A DNA stretch of 63,266 nt, counting the filler, from Choristocarpus tenellus KU-1152 (Eukaryota > Protista > Phaeophyceae): the NCBI GenBank assembly GCA_964200185.2. It is 12 parts of 12 records of this genome, joined end to end, with 100 filler letters (N's around TTAATTAATTAA, not from the genome) between each part and the next. Parts side by side here need not be neighbours in the genome. Positions count along the whole stretch, not along the records: positions 39,931 to 42,642 come from CAXNAD020025395.1; positions 42,743 to 46,144 come from CAXNAD020020277.1; positions 46,245 to 52,961 come from CAXNAD020007495.1; 9 more parts are not named here. One strand, 5' to 3'. Shown piece by piece: positions 39,931 through 50,880 of this stretch. The stretch's first letter is position 1. Each line of letters opens with the position of its first letter. The translations under genes and the position numbers were made by a program. The notes below the pieces were generated by a model. It was not told the origin of the DNA and did not search any database. It was given only the letters and a program-made list of their open reading frames with translations.

Positions 39931-41036
39931 GGGATGAGCTTCGAGGAGGGGGAGGGGGTGGGGGGAGGGAGAAGGAGAGGGAGCTAGAGAGCAAGGTTCG
40001 GTGATCTCTTTTTACTTCTATATTTTAGGGGGGGGAGGGATGGGGGGGATTATGAAGTCTTGGTGTTGTTACTGGATTTGAAATTTTTTGAAGTGGTGCT
40101 ATAATATTTTTTATTCACGTTTTTGTTTCAGAATAATAGTGATACTAACAATAATAATATTAATATTAACAATAATAATAGCATTAGCAATAATAAAAAT
40201 AAAGATCAGCAACAACCCCTCATCGTGTACCCTTAAAACAACTCCACCTTGAAGTCTGGACAAGAACAATTCCATACAACATGTCACAACAACAAATGGT
40301 ATTATCATTTATTATTATCATTTATTTTGATTTGCTGGTTATTCCCGGGCACACTAGACAGACTCAATTGTTTTTCTAACAATGGTAGTATAATGGTAGA
40401 TGTTATCCTTTCAGTTTGTTTGCTTGTTTTTTTATGTTTTCATTTTAGTAGCAGGCGTTTTACTTTCTTTTTTTTCATTTATAGTAGGGCTCTGAGTTAG
40501 TTGGCATCTTGATTTGTGTTGACTCTTACTAAGCAAGAAACTGATGATGTTGATGAGTATGCCTTTTTCAGTGTACCTTAATACTGTCACAAACAAAGGA
40601 TTGATACTGTCGTACTGTTCCGCCGACCCTTTGCATTTTTTTTTTTCCTTATTTTTTTCTTCAAAATTTGAAATTTAAAATTTAAAATTTTGAAGTTAAA
40701 AAAGAAATTATATTATGTAAGTCCTCAGTCCATACCCGAAAAGTGGCCCCGTTTGTCTCACTTGTGTGGTGTGGTGGGGAGATCTGTTGCCCTAGAGTTA
40801 GCTCTGTAGCATGTATATTATTATTTATGGTAGAAAAGATAATGACGAGTGTATCCTATTGGCTCAAATGGAATAATAATAATAATAATAATAAAGAAGC
40901 TTCTTTCGCTTTATCCTATTGTAGTAGAGTAGCCTCTCTGTGTATGTCTCTGTATGTATTGTTTATATATGTAGTTTTTAGGTATGTGTGTATGTATGCA
41001 TGTATGTGTGATGCATGTATGTATGTATGTATGTAC

Positions 41037-41067
<31 letters not shown>

Positions 41068-41994
41068 TGTATACATTATGTATGTGTTTGTGCAATTGGT
41101 GTTTGCACAGTACAGTTTGTTACTTTCTGATATGTGTGGAAATAATAATAATAATAATAATAATAATAGTAGTAGTAATAACAACAACAGCAACAACAAT
41201 AATAATTCTGCAAAAAGTGCATCACTCTGTCTTTCAAAACACCCACATCTCGTATACTTACATCCCCTACTTCAAATCAAAATGGACTTTCTTGATACAA
41301 CTAGAGTGAGTGGTACTATTGTAGCAATTTGAAATGAGCAAAAAGGTTCAAATATATCAGAACATTTTTAAAGCAAATCGATTGCTGTGGTGGTGATGTG
41401 GTTGAGCAAGGGTCCCCCTATATCTAATTCACTGTAGGAAAAAAATAAATAGAAATACAGTGAACAAGTATGCTACCAAATTTTATTACTGAAAGCGAAA
41501 CTTCATTTGTTCCTCCTTTTTAAAATTTATATATAATTATTATATATTTTTTTACACTTTAAAAATTTCACCCACACTGTACGGAAATGTCTGTTGTGAA
41601 ATAAAAATGAGGGGAATGTTGTTCAATTTTATTAACGCTGTGGAGAAGGGATTTTTTTTTTTCAAAAATTCTTTTATTTATTATTGTATTTCCTGTGGTA
41701 CATATTACAAGTCAATTTCGTTTCTTTTAAGAAATAAACTCACCTGAAGTGAAAGTAGTAAACTGTTGGTGTTTTTAAATTTTTAAATTTTGTTTTTTTT
41801 GTAGTGTGCACCCTAACCCTAATAAATAGTCTATGATGTAATTTTTAAAATATAAACATTAATTAAAAAAAAATATATATATATATACATATTTTTCTTT
41901 TTGTGTTTGTGCGATCGATCACCGCCTCCATCCTCTTGTTCTGTGTGATTCTCCCGTCGATGTCTTTTAAAATAATAAAATAAAAATCATTCCA

Positions 41995-42049
<55 letters not shown>

Positions 42050-42192
42050 TGTGATTCTCCAGTTTTGTACGTTCTCAGACTCTCTTTGTTCTCGAGGATT
42101 TCTCTCTCTGGAATTGTTTGTTTGTTGTGATAATTTGATAATTTGTACACACTTCTGTTTTTGTCACTTTCCCAATATAGATCTCTTAAAAT

Positions 42193-42224
<32 letters not shown>

Positions 42225-42614
42225 TTATTTCTTTTTTCTTTCTACCTTTTTTACCTTCCATTCTGCTCCAGGTTAAGGTGATTGTTGATTCATTTGTTTT
42301 TGAGATGATAATTTTTTTTACCTTTTTTTTCCTTTTTTACCTTTTTACCTTTTTTCTTCTTTTATTTTTTTATTTTATTTTATTATATTTTATTTTATTT
42401 TTGTGCAATTCCCTTGTAGACTGTTTCCCTGGAGATTCTCCTGGCTCTGCTCACTCGGTATGGAGGTCAGAGGTTCCAATCTCCTGATGGTCCCTTTGTT
42501 GGATGGGTTAAGCGAGAGCTGTGCTCGCAGCTGCTTGGTCATTGTACCTCCAATGTAACCACATTGGTTTCCTTGAGCCTGAGAATATTTGTGGCCTTGG
42601 TAGCCAAATTCAAG
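39931..42614 (+). CDS. Fragment of a large Sec7-domain ARF-GEF (BIG/GBF family, Sec7_N/HUS region). Exons <39931-39995 and 42420-42614
   Basis: Spliced peptide RELESK|TVSLEILLALLTRYGGQRFQSPDGPFVGWVKRELCSQLLGHCTSNVTTLVSLSLRIFVALVAKFK fits the BIG pattern SKxxSLELL..F..VKxxLCxxLL..LSLxIFxxL..FK; strong acceptor and gtatgt donor. Confidence 0.8.
40981..41205. repeat. Compound microsatellite (TATG)n followed by (AAT)n/(AAC)n; (ATT)n at 42004-42049
   Basis: Direct reading. Confidence 0.9.
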
Positions 42615-43350
42615 GTATGTATGGGGTTAGTGGTGGGGGGGGNNNNNNNNNNNNNNNNNNNNNNNNNNNNNNNNNNNNNNNNNNNNTTAATTAATTAANN
42701 NNNNNNNNNNNNNNNNNNNNNNNNNNNNNNNNNNNNNNNNNNGTGTGGTGAGAAAGGGAAGGGGTAAGGGTTAGAGAGGGGGGGGGGTTGTATTATTTAC
42801 TTGGATGAGTTGATTTTTTTTGTGTAGATGTGTGTTTTTTTATTTTTTTGTGTAAAATGGAAAAAAAAAGAAAAGGTATTGATTGCTGTATATTTTAGTG
42901 TAGTTACCCCCGCTGTGTTGCCTGTGTACTGTTTAGTGTTTTAGTAGTATGTTTTGCTGGCCAAGAGGCGTATTGAATGGGCGTGCCGAAGGGAGTGTGG
43001 ACTGTATTATGTTTATTTAATAGTATGGTAGAAATATTTCATGTGCTGTCTTTGTTGTTCATTTTTTTTCTATTTTTTTGTTGGTTGTGCCACAGCCAGT
43101 GTTAGGGTTGACTGACCTAAACGGGGTATTGAGAAAGGGTTGTGTTTACAGTAATTTGTTTGCAGTAATGTGTTACTGTGGCTGGAAGGTTGCCCTTTGG
43201 TACTATTAATGTAACATGATGCTTGTGTGAAATACATAATGAGCTGTCCCCTTCCTTCCTCCTTCACCTCTAATTGCCCTCCCCCCTCCCCCGTCCCCCC
43301 CTGTCCCCAATATGTTTGTTAACTTTTATGTGTCATTATAAATGTCATAG

Positions 43351-45485
43351 TGCTGAGCAGCAGAAGGCAGCAAGGCTAGCGGAGGTCACAAGGGTCACAG
43401 GGGGATCAATGAAGGGGGTGAGTTTTGTATAGATATGGTGGGGGTTACGCCTGACTTGGGAAGGCGTTGGGGATGCTACGACTTTTGCGCTGGTATCATT
43501 TCACCCGTGGTTTTCATCATTGGTAGGGTCTTGGTATATTTTTAATTTTTTATTTAACTCTTCTTAATTGATTTGGTGATACCTATTGGTGAGTTGGAAG
43601 TGGTTTGGGCTGGGGGCGGGTGGGTTGCTGGGCAACCAACACCCTTGTTGTGATATTTTCTGGCAGTGAGAGTATTACACTTGAGTACCGAAATGTATCT
43701 TGGGGTTAGGGTTAGAAGTTTGAATTTTTGTGGGTGAGTGTTTTAGGTGGGGGGTGGGTGGTATGTTACTTGAGTGGGGTAGTACAATGGAGAGAGGTGT
43801 TTAGAGGGTGGGATGATTGTAGTGTTGTGAAGTAATTTGTACAATTCTATTGAGTTGCAATTGGTTGAAAGTGAAATTTTAGTTGAGGGGTGATTTTTGA
43901 TTGGTTACTGTTCACATGAATGTTCTATGGGTGTATGTTTTTATTTTTTAAATTTACGTTCAAGAATGGTTTTTATTATTTGAATCTAGAATATCAAGAC
44001 CTCTGTGTAACTCACGTGCTCCACCTCCCCCTACAATACCATCTCCACTTTGTGGACCTTTTGTGTTGTGTTGTTGGTTTCAACAGTCGGGAGAAATTCA
44101 ACGAGGACTGCATAGCAGCAGGAGTAGCTACAATGGCACAAATGTGAGCATCGGAGGAGTTAGGGTTAGGGCAGCGTGGGTGTCTGATTGATGATTCTTG
44201 AAAAAGTATATTTTGTACAGTTTTTGATGACATGCTACTAGTCCCCCCCTCTCTCTCTCTCTCTCTAGTCTCTTCTTTTGATGGAGTGCTCTGGAGTGCT
44301 ACGTAGCACAGTGCTGTACTACAGGTCCCCCTCTCTATAGTCTCTTCTTGTGATGTAGTGCACCGGACTGATACGTAGCACAGAGCTGTGCTACAGGTCC
44401 CCCTCTCTACAGTCTCTATTTTTTATGTAATGCTCTGGAGTGCTACATAGCGCAGTGTGTATTTGTTATACAGTAGTACTTGCACAATAAAAATAAACAT
44501 GCGTCTTTATGTTGTCTTTATGTTGCACTAGTGTTTTGATTACCTTGACCTTGCTGACCCACTGATGCATGCCACACTCTCCTCATACCCTTCTCTTGTA
44601 GTCTCGCTCTGTGCCATTGACCAGTCCTGGTGGGTCCAGTGATGGTACAGATGTGGCATCTTCTGCTAGGTCCAGCATTGAGGGTTCACCTCCTTCGCCC
44701 TTTGCAGATGGAAGGTGGGTTGTGAGGGGGAGATGTTGTCGTGTTAATTGGGTTTGCTGTGTGTTCAAGAAGTGTTCAGGGTACAGGGCTCGTTGTTGAC
44801 CTTGATAGGTGTAAGGCAAAAAAAAAAAAATGTGTTGAAATTTTTTGTGTTTAGGTGTCTGCGTCTGTGTCTTATGGTGTGATGTGTTGGACTTTTTTGG
44901 TATAGGTGTGGTAGTGGTGCAGAGGTATGACGGGTGGATTAAGGGGAGGGATTTGCAGTAGTGTGCAAGGCATTCACGAGGATGTGAATATGTAGGAATG
45001 AAGGCTAATTTGACGTAAGAGATACAAATGACGCTGTTCGTGGGTTGTGAAGAAAGAGTGTAGTGTATTATTAATGTTAAAGAGGGATTCCGGCTTGTAG
45101 TGTGCTATTTGTTGGTGGTAAATGTATATCTGCCGGGGGGAGGGGTTAGGGTTAGAATTTAATTTGATTTGTTTTTTTTGTTCTAGAGATCCAGATGACT
45201 TTGTGGAGTTGATGTGTGGGTGGGTGTCATTCCTTGTTGCGCCTTTGCATTGCTCCTCTACTTTTATTTTATTTTATTTTATGCATTCATTGTGTACCTA
45301 ACCGTGCTAGGATGCTTGATGACATGGCGGAGGCGGAGGGATTGAGCCTGAAGATCGAGGCCACGTTCTTGAAGAGTGGGAGAGGGGGAAGCAGTCCATT
45401 TGTTTTGTATCTGATCCGCATCCGGAGCCCTAAGCGAAGATGGGCTATCGAGAGGCGATACAGTGACTTTGTGTGGCTTCATGAG
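43351..45485 (+). CDS. PX (phox) domain protein, internal fragment. Exons 43351-43417, 44087-44143, 44602-44714, 45311-45485
   Basis: PX signature FVLYLIRIRS..RWAIERRYSDFVWLHE; upstream Ser-rich exons join in phase (0, 0, 2). Confidence 0.8.
44262..44458. repeat. Intronic tandem repeat, ~72-bp unit x3
   Basis: agtctct...gtgctctggagtgctacgtagcacag...ctacaggtccccctct recurs at about 44265, 44338 and 44410. Confidence 0.85.
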
Positions 45486-46551
45486 GTATTGTGCTTGATC
45501 GGTGGTTGTGTGGGTGACAGTTTTTTTTTATCTCTGTTTTGTTTTTGCGCTAGGGCTAGGGCTACTGGGGTTAGGGTTGTGGGGTATATGTATTGTTTTG
45601 GGTGTATTTTTGTGTTTGTTGGTTTTTGTAGAGGATTTATTTTTTGCATTTGTTTTTGAGGTTAGGGTTAGGGGGTCTCCCTCTTTGATTGCTGTGTGTG
45701 TGTGTGTGCCAGGTCAATTTGACGTACGCCTCTTGGTGGGCCGGAAAGGTTTTGTGTTGTTGTGGCAGGCGGTATAGGTTTCGAGCCTGAAATGTGTTCT
45801 ATTCATTAATGGTGGGTTATGTTTTTTTTTTAGACATCTACGGTTCTAACATTGTGCTTCCTCTGTTTTTGTATTACCTGGATGGGGTTGACATATTATA
45901 TATATATATATATATATTGTTGTAGTGTTGGTGTTGGATGGATGAGTTGTGTCCGTGTCATTTCAATACGGTTCTTTTTCTGTTATTTAAGCATCAGTTT
46001 GAACGGTTTGGTGGTGAACTGACTTTATTTTTTTTTAACTAGCACGCGCATGTAGCATCCCTTGTGCGGGGGGGGGAGGGGGCGGTTCTTGTAGCGGTGA
46101 AGGGACCTACTGAGATTCTCAGGTAGCCTTGAAATGATTTGTTTNNNNNNNNNNNNNNNNNNNNNNNNNNNNNNNNNNNNNNNNNNNNTTAATTAATTAA
46201 NNNNNNNNNNNNNNNNNNNNNNNNNNNNNNNNNNNNNNNNNNNNGTAAAGTGAAGGGGGAGAAGGGGGGGGGGGAGGAGGGGGTTAGAAACTCTCTTCCT
46301 TCATGCCCTGTTCAATCAAGCCACTCTCAACTTCTTGGGAACACAAGCTGTAGCCCCTTGTAGACTGCCAAAAAAAAAGCCATTGATAATTTCAATTCCT
46401 GAGAAGAATTGAGAAGAGACTCGCTGGTACACAGACAACCAGGGAGTTCTGTTCGCACGCCTGGAGCTGCTACAAAACCCTAGTCCATGCACACAAAGAG
46501 GCAAAAAAATTGAGCAAATCATTAGTACAGTCATTCCCTCGTAGCAGTCAC

Positions 46552-48844
46552 CTGACTCTTCATAAGGCACTACTTCAGCCTCTAATCGTTGACCAACGTA
46601 ACTCCACCCACTGTAGAGGCGGATTAGCAGAACTGAGGATCCTCAGCCGCAGAGAATGGATGGGGGAGGGTAATGACATGGAGGACAAAGCCATGAGCAG
46701 GGCACAAGGACAAAGACAGTCACTATTGACAAACTGCCGAGTGCCTCAAGGTGGGTGAGACGGCCTACGGGCGGTATTGCAGACATACACGAATCAAATG
46801 GTACAGTGGCACTGAAGATGTCACCTTCACCTTGGAACACCCAACCAAACATCCATACCATGGTAGGAGAGGGGGGGGGACATAAACAGTGGAGGGTTGA
46901 GTTGTAGAAGTAATGAGGCATAGTCCTAAGCTCTATCAGCAGTTCAAACAACATTTTTTTCTGGAAAATATTCAAGGGTAACAATGGCATTGGCACTACT
47001 GAGGACATTCACGAGCTTGTCTACATTCAATTGCAATGGGAATGTCCACATGTCCACGCTGTTAACGTCCAGAGTATCTGTGGTGCTTCTACAGTAGAAG
47101 CTAGTTTGAAAGGAACAGTGAAACCTATGCAGTGCCCATGACTCAAGTTGGCAAGTTGGCATTGATACCGACAACAAATCAGACCTTCCCACAAGTAAGG
47201 TGTACTCACGTAGCACAACAGCCAAAGACCCAATATTGGCTGCCAAGATAGTCGCCAATAATTGATCGTGGAACGTTGTTGACGAGATGGGATAGCTGCG
47301 GCAAATGATGCAATGGACGTGGGGGGGTTGCGGTGATCCATCAAGCAAATGTAGTGGGATGGGGTGATAGAGCGCAAGGCAGGATGTACCCATTACGAGA
47401 CCTAGACGGCAAAGAAAAATACCTGCCAATAATAGAAAACCTTAAACTAGACCCCACATTTAACAAATTTCCATGGCATCACACACACACACACACATAT
47501 ATATATATCATGGTGTGAGACTAGCTCCCACAATGTGAAGACATTTCTTATTGAGAGTGAGAGCGTGGGGCGGACTTGTGTCAGCAGCTGAAATGACAAT
47601 ATATCTGCTAATATCTACCCCCATGCGGCTGATCCCCCTTTCACAAGCAATATCCCTTCCAGTCAGGCAAAGCATGCACAGGCCGACAGGACTTGTAACT
47701 GTCAAAGGGACACCTGAATGCCCCCTTATCCATACCACCCGACCACTTCCCAATGAGCAGAAGGTGTATCAAATCGAATTTAGAGCGAAAATGCAAAGCA
47801 GAGCCCCGTCCTCTACACCAATGCTACCAGTGTAAGCCCAGATTGAAACGGGTCTTACCTCACAACCATCGCTCCCACGTATACTCCTCCAAGACGACTC
47901 ATAAACCCCTGCATGATCAAGGGAAGGGGTAGATGTCATCAGGTGCACATCTGTCAGGGCTCTGCTCGTATCCACACCGAAAGGAGAGCTGTAAACAATT
48001 GGCATGAGACACCAAGACGATGCTCACGGGAAATTTCCCTTGCCCACACTCGAGCATGTACTGTTCTCGCCTAGACCATGGCCATCAAGGTGGCCTTTGA
48101 AACAGAGATCAATTAGCCACACCATCCTTCAATTATCATCTGGAAAACAGAGTAATAGCACCACCACCCTCTCCCGACGCCCACAAAATTGAATTTGCGT
48201 GGAACATATAGCATGATTACTTGACGATCTGAACGGTAACCTCTACACTGTCTTGTAACCTATTTCAACCTCCTCACCTTTAAGTCTTCCTGTGCCCAGC
48301 CAAATAGAGGCGCATCTTTGAGCAGCTGAAGCTCGTTGAATGGTTGTTGTTCCATAGGTACACTTGTGGTGTCATCGCTCAAGCGAAATACGCGGTCGCC
48401 TGGCTGCTGCAACCCTGGGCGACCTGGTAGGGCACATGGTATTGATCAGGGGAGGTCTGCCACCTTGACTCTGACTTAGGAATATCCAAGGATAACTTGA
48501 CCACATCACAGTCACTATGATAACAATACCACCTCTCGAACATTGTCTTATTATGGATACAGAACATGGGCGTGTTCATTGATGGGTCGAGACATATGTA
48601 ATAAATTAGAGTATCAGGAAAATCGTTGAGTCAGCAACCTACCTGTGAGTTCGTTGAACTTCTCCTGTTCGTCCTCATACTCTCCCTTTCGCTTCCTCCC
48701 AGCCTTTTTCGCGTGGAGACTACAGTCCTTAGATCGCGCCACGGTCGCCAAAGGGCTACCGACACAACGAACGGGCGCAAATGAAGTTGCATTCGGGACA
48801 AACCTTAGACAGCAGGCAGCGAGAGCTGTAGATAAACCTCGCAT
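46552..48844 (-). CDS. CGLD27: Plastid-targeted CGLD27/Ycf36 (DUF1230) protein, 3' partial. Exons 48844-48643, 48423-48278, 47908-47859, 47295-47210, 46632-46552
   Basis: Family motifs VPMEQQPFNELQLLKDAPLFGW and RLYSGWSYVGQRLEAEVVPYEESG; bipartite presequence MRGLSTALAACCLRFVPNATS-FAP; exon phases 1, 0, 2, 1 all compatible. Confidence 0.92.
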
Positions 48845-49080
48845 GGCTGCAGTGGGCAACCGCGAGGAAGCGGGATGCTCCAAAGGATTCCTCCTGTGAG
48901 CTGAGCAGTGTCTAAATCGCGATTCGTTAGGCTGAGTCTTTGCTGACAAGTTGGGAGTGTGCTGACAATTTGAGAGTGTGTCCAACAACGAATGAAAAAA
49001 AAAGAAGAGACCATCTGCCCCCATATCACTTCACATCGCCATCAACTTTTTAGAAGTCGATCTATGCGTGTGGATGCGTG
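48845..49080. promoter_or_regulatory. Putative bidirectional promoter (236 bp between divergent start codons)
   Basis: ATG of CGLD27 at 48844 (-) and ATG of the PPase-like gene at 49081 (+). Confidence 0.55.
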
Positions 49081-50718
49081 ATGACTTTCCCTGCTGCCCA
49101 ACTGATGCGTAAAGGAGGTGGAGGGATGGGGTGGAATGCTGGGAGGGTATGCCTTGGTGTTGGTGCATGTTTTGCTGCGATGGGTCCTGCTGCATGGTTG
49201 GGAGATAAGACGTGTTGTGATGAAAAACAAAGTGGAGATCTGAAGGAAGAGGGTGCTGCGCCTGTTCTGGTAATAGTTGAAGTTGCGAAGGGAGCAGTGG
49301 CCGAGGAGTCTACCTCTGTTGCTGGTAAGTTCATCCGCTGTGAAAAGTCCCAAGCTGTCTGCAAGCAACAAGCTGGAAATGTTGCTCCTTGGAGTCGATT
49401 TAAGAGGTGGGGATGTGGAGGGGATCAACACGTATGAGACTGATGCGTATTATCCTAGTCCACCCTCCAACTCCGACCTAGAGGGTGGTTTTAGTTGGGC
49501 CATTATCATCTCTGTGCCCCTTGAATGTCGCAGGAGTGGACCAGGTTAAGCCTGTGGTGTTCCCCTGCCCCTACGGCAAGGCAGCAGGGGTGACGCAGGA
49601 TGATGGAGGGTCGGTCGGGGCTCTAATCACTACAACACGCCCGCTAAAACCCGGAGCAGCCGTACCTACCCACGTGGTGTCTTCTATCGCCCTCGGGTGG
49701 GTGATACCCGTTATATATAACTCTTGTCAATAGTCTTCTAGAGCACCTACATTGGCTGATAGAGTGTTAACGTATAACTTACATCTTTCCTTCGTTAAAA
49801 AAAAATGTCTTCCAGCTCCCATGGTAGCACTCAGGCACAGGCAAAGGTAGGGGATATTTTTGCAAAGGTGCCGCGAGTTGTCACTTCGTGCGATGACAAG
49901 GTAATACAACTTCTAGTGCATGTAGTTGTACTTCGAAATATGAAGGATGGAAGTGTGACAACTTTTTCTAAACTCCCGCAATACCCCCTGGACTTGTTAC
50001 CCATTAGTGCCATTCACTCCGTGACTGATCTCTCTCTCAAGTCAACCATCAGAACGCGACGTGATACCCTCATTGGTCAGGTACCCTCCCCCTCGACAGC
50101 GTCAAATAACTCTTCTGGTCTCTGATGCGGATACCAGCGTAAACGACGAGGGTAAAGACCTTTCCGACTTAGCTGGTCTGGCTCCAAACGATCTGAACAT
50201 GCTTTCCCAATTTCTGGTGAAGCTCAAGGTGAAGGCCAGGTTCTTGGCATCGTTTTCTTCTAAGGAACACACAACCTCGGTTGTGTATTGCTCCCCCCTT
50301 TCAAAACCAATGCTCTGGTTTGCGCTTCTTACTGGTGTCTGCTCTTCCACCCCTGGTGCACTGACTTGTTCACCCTCCCCCTTCCCTCCTCCCCCGGGTA
50401 CACTTTCAGCACAAGGAGACACGGTCTATGGCGTGCCTGGAGAGTTGGACCGGTCCAGAAGAAACTGCACAAGTCGTCAAACACCTTCGTGAAAATCACC
50501 TGAATGCTGCAGTGTCCACAACTTCATTCTCCAGAGTTGCGGGGGGGTTCAACAAAGCAACAAGTGTTGAGGTGGGAGTGAACGATGTTTTACCTCAAAG
50601 CGATCCTGAGGATGGGAATGAGAGGAATGTTGATGCTATGGACACAGTGGACTTGGCAGACATCCCACTGACAGAGCTGTTACGGGAGCTGGTGAAGAGG
50701 GGGGAAGAAGGCGGGTGA
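49081..50718 (+). CDS. Family I soluble inorganic pyrophosphatase-like protein lacking most catalytic residues, ~287 aa. Exons 49081-49324, 49534-49696, 50081-50228, 50410-50718
   Basis: Colinear with the E. coli Ppa pattern: VIVEVAKG, VDQ, FPCPYG, DGGSVGALITTTRPLKPG, KDLSDL..LSQFLVKLK, ESWTGPEETAQVV. 864-nt spliced frame with phases 1, 2, 0. Confidence 0.8.
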
Positions 50719-50814
50719 GACCACATGACAAATTAGAAGAAAGGAGCTCATAGTAAATGAGGTGCTGGGTCAATCCTGAGAGATACAGATTTGGGTGTTT
50801 TCTTGTTGTACATA

Positions 50815-50880
50815 GAGCCAAAGTGTCTTAAAGGGTAGGGGCGCGTTCGTCCCTTTGGGAGCCAAATTAGAATGCTAGTG
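50815..50880 (-). mobile_element. MITE family A, solo end fragment
   Basis: gagccaaagtgtcttaaagggtaggggcgcg..gtccctttggg matches the reverse complement of the family A right end. Confidence 0.65.
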
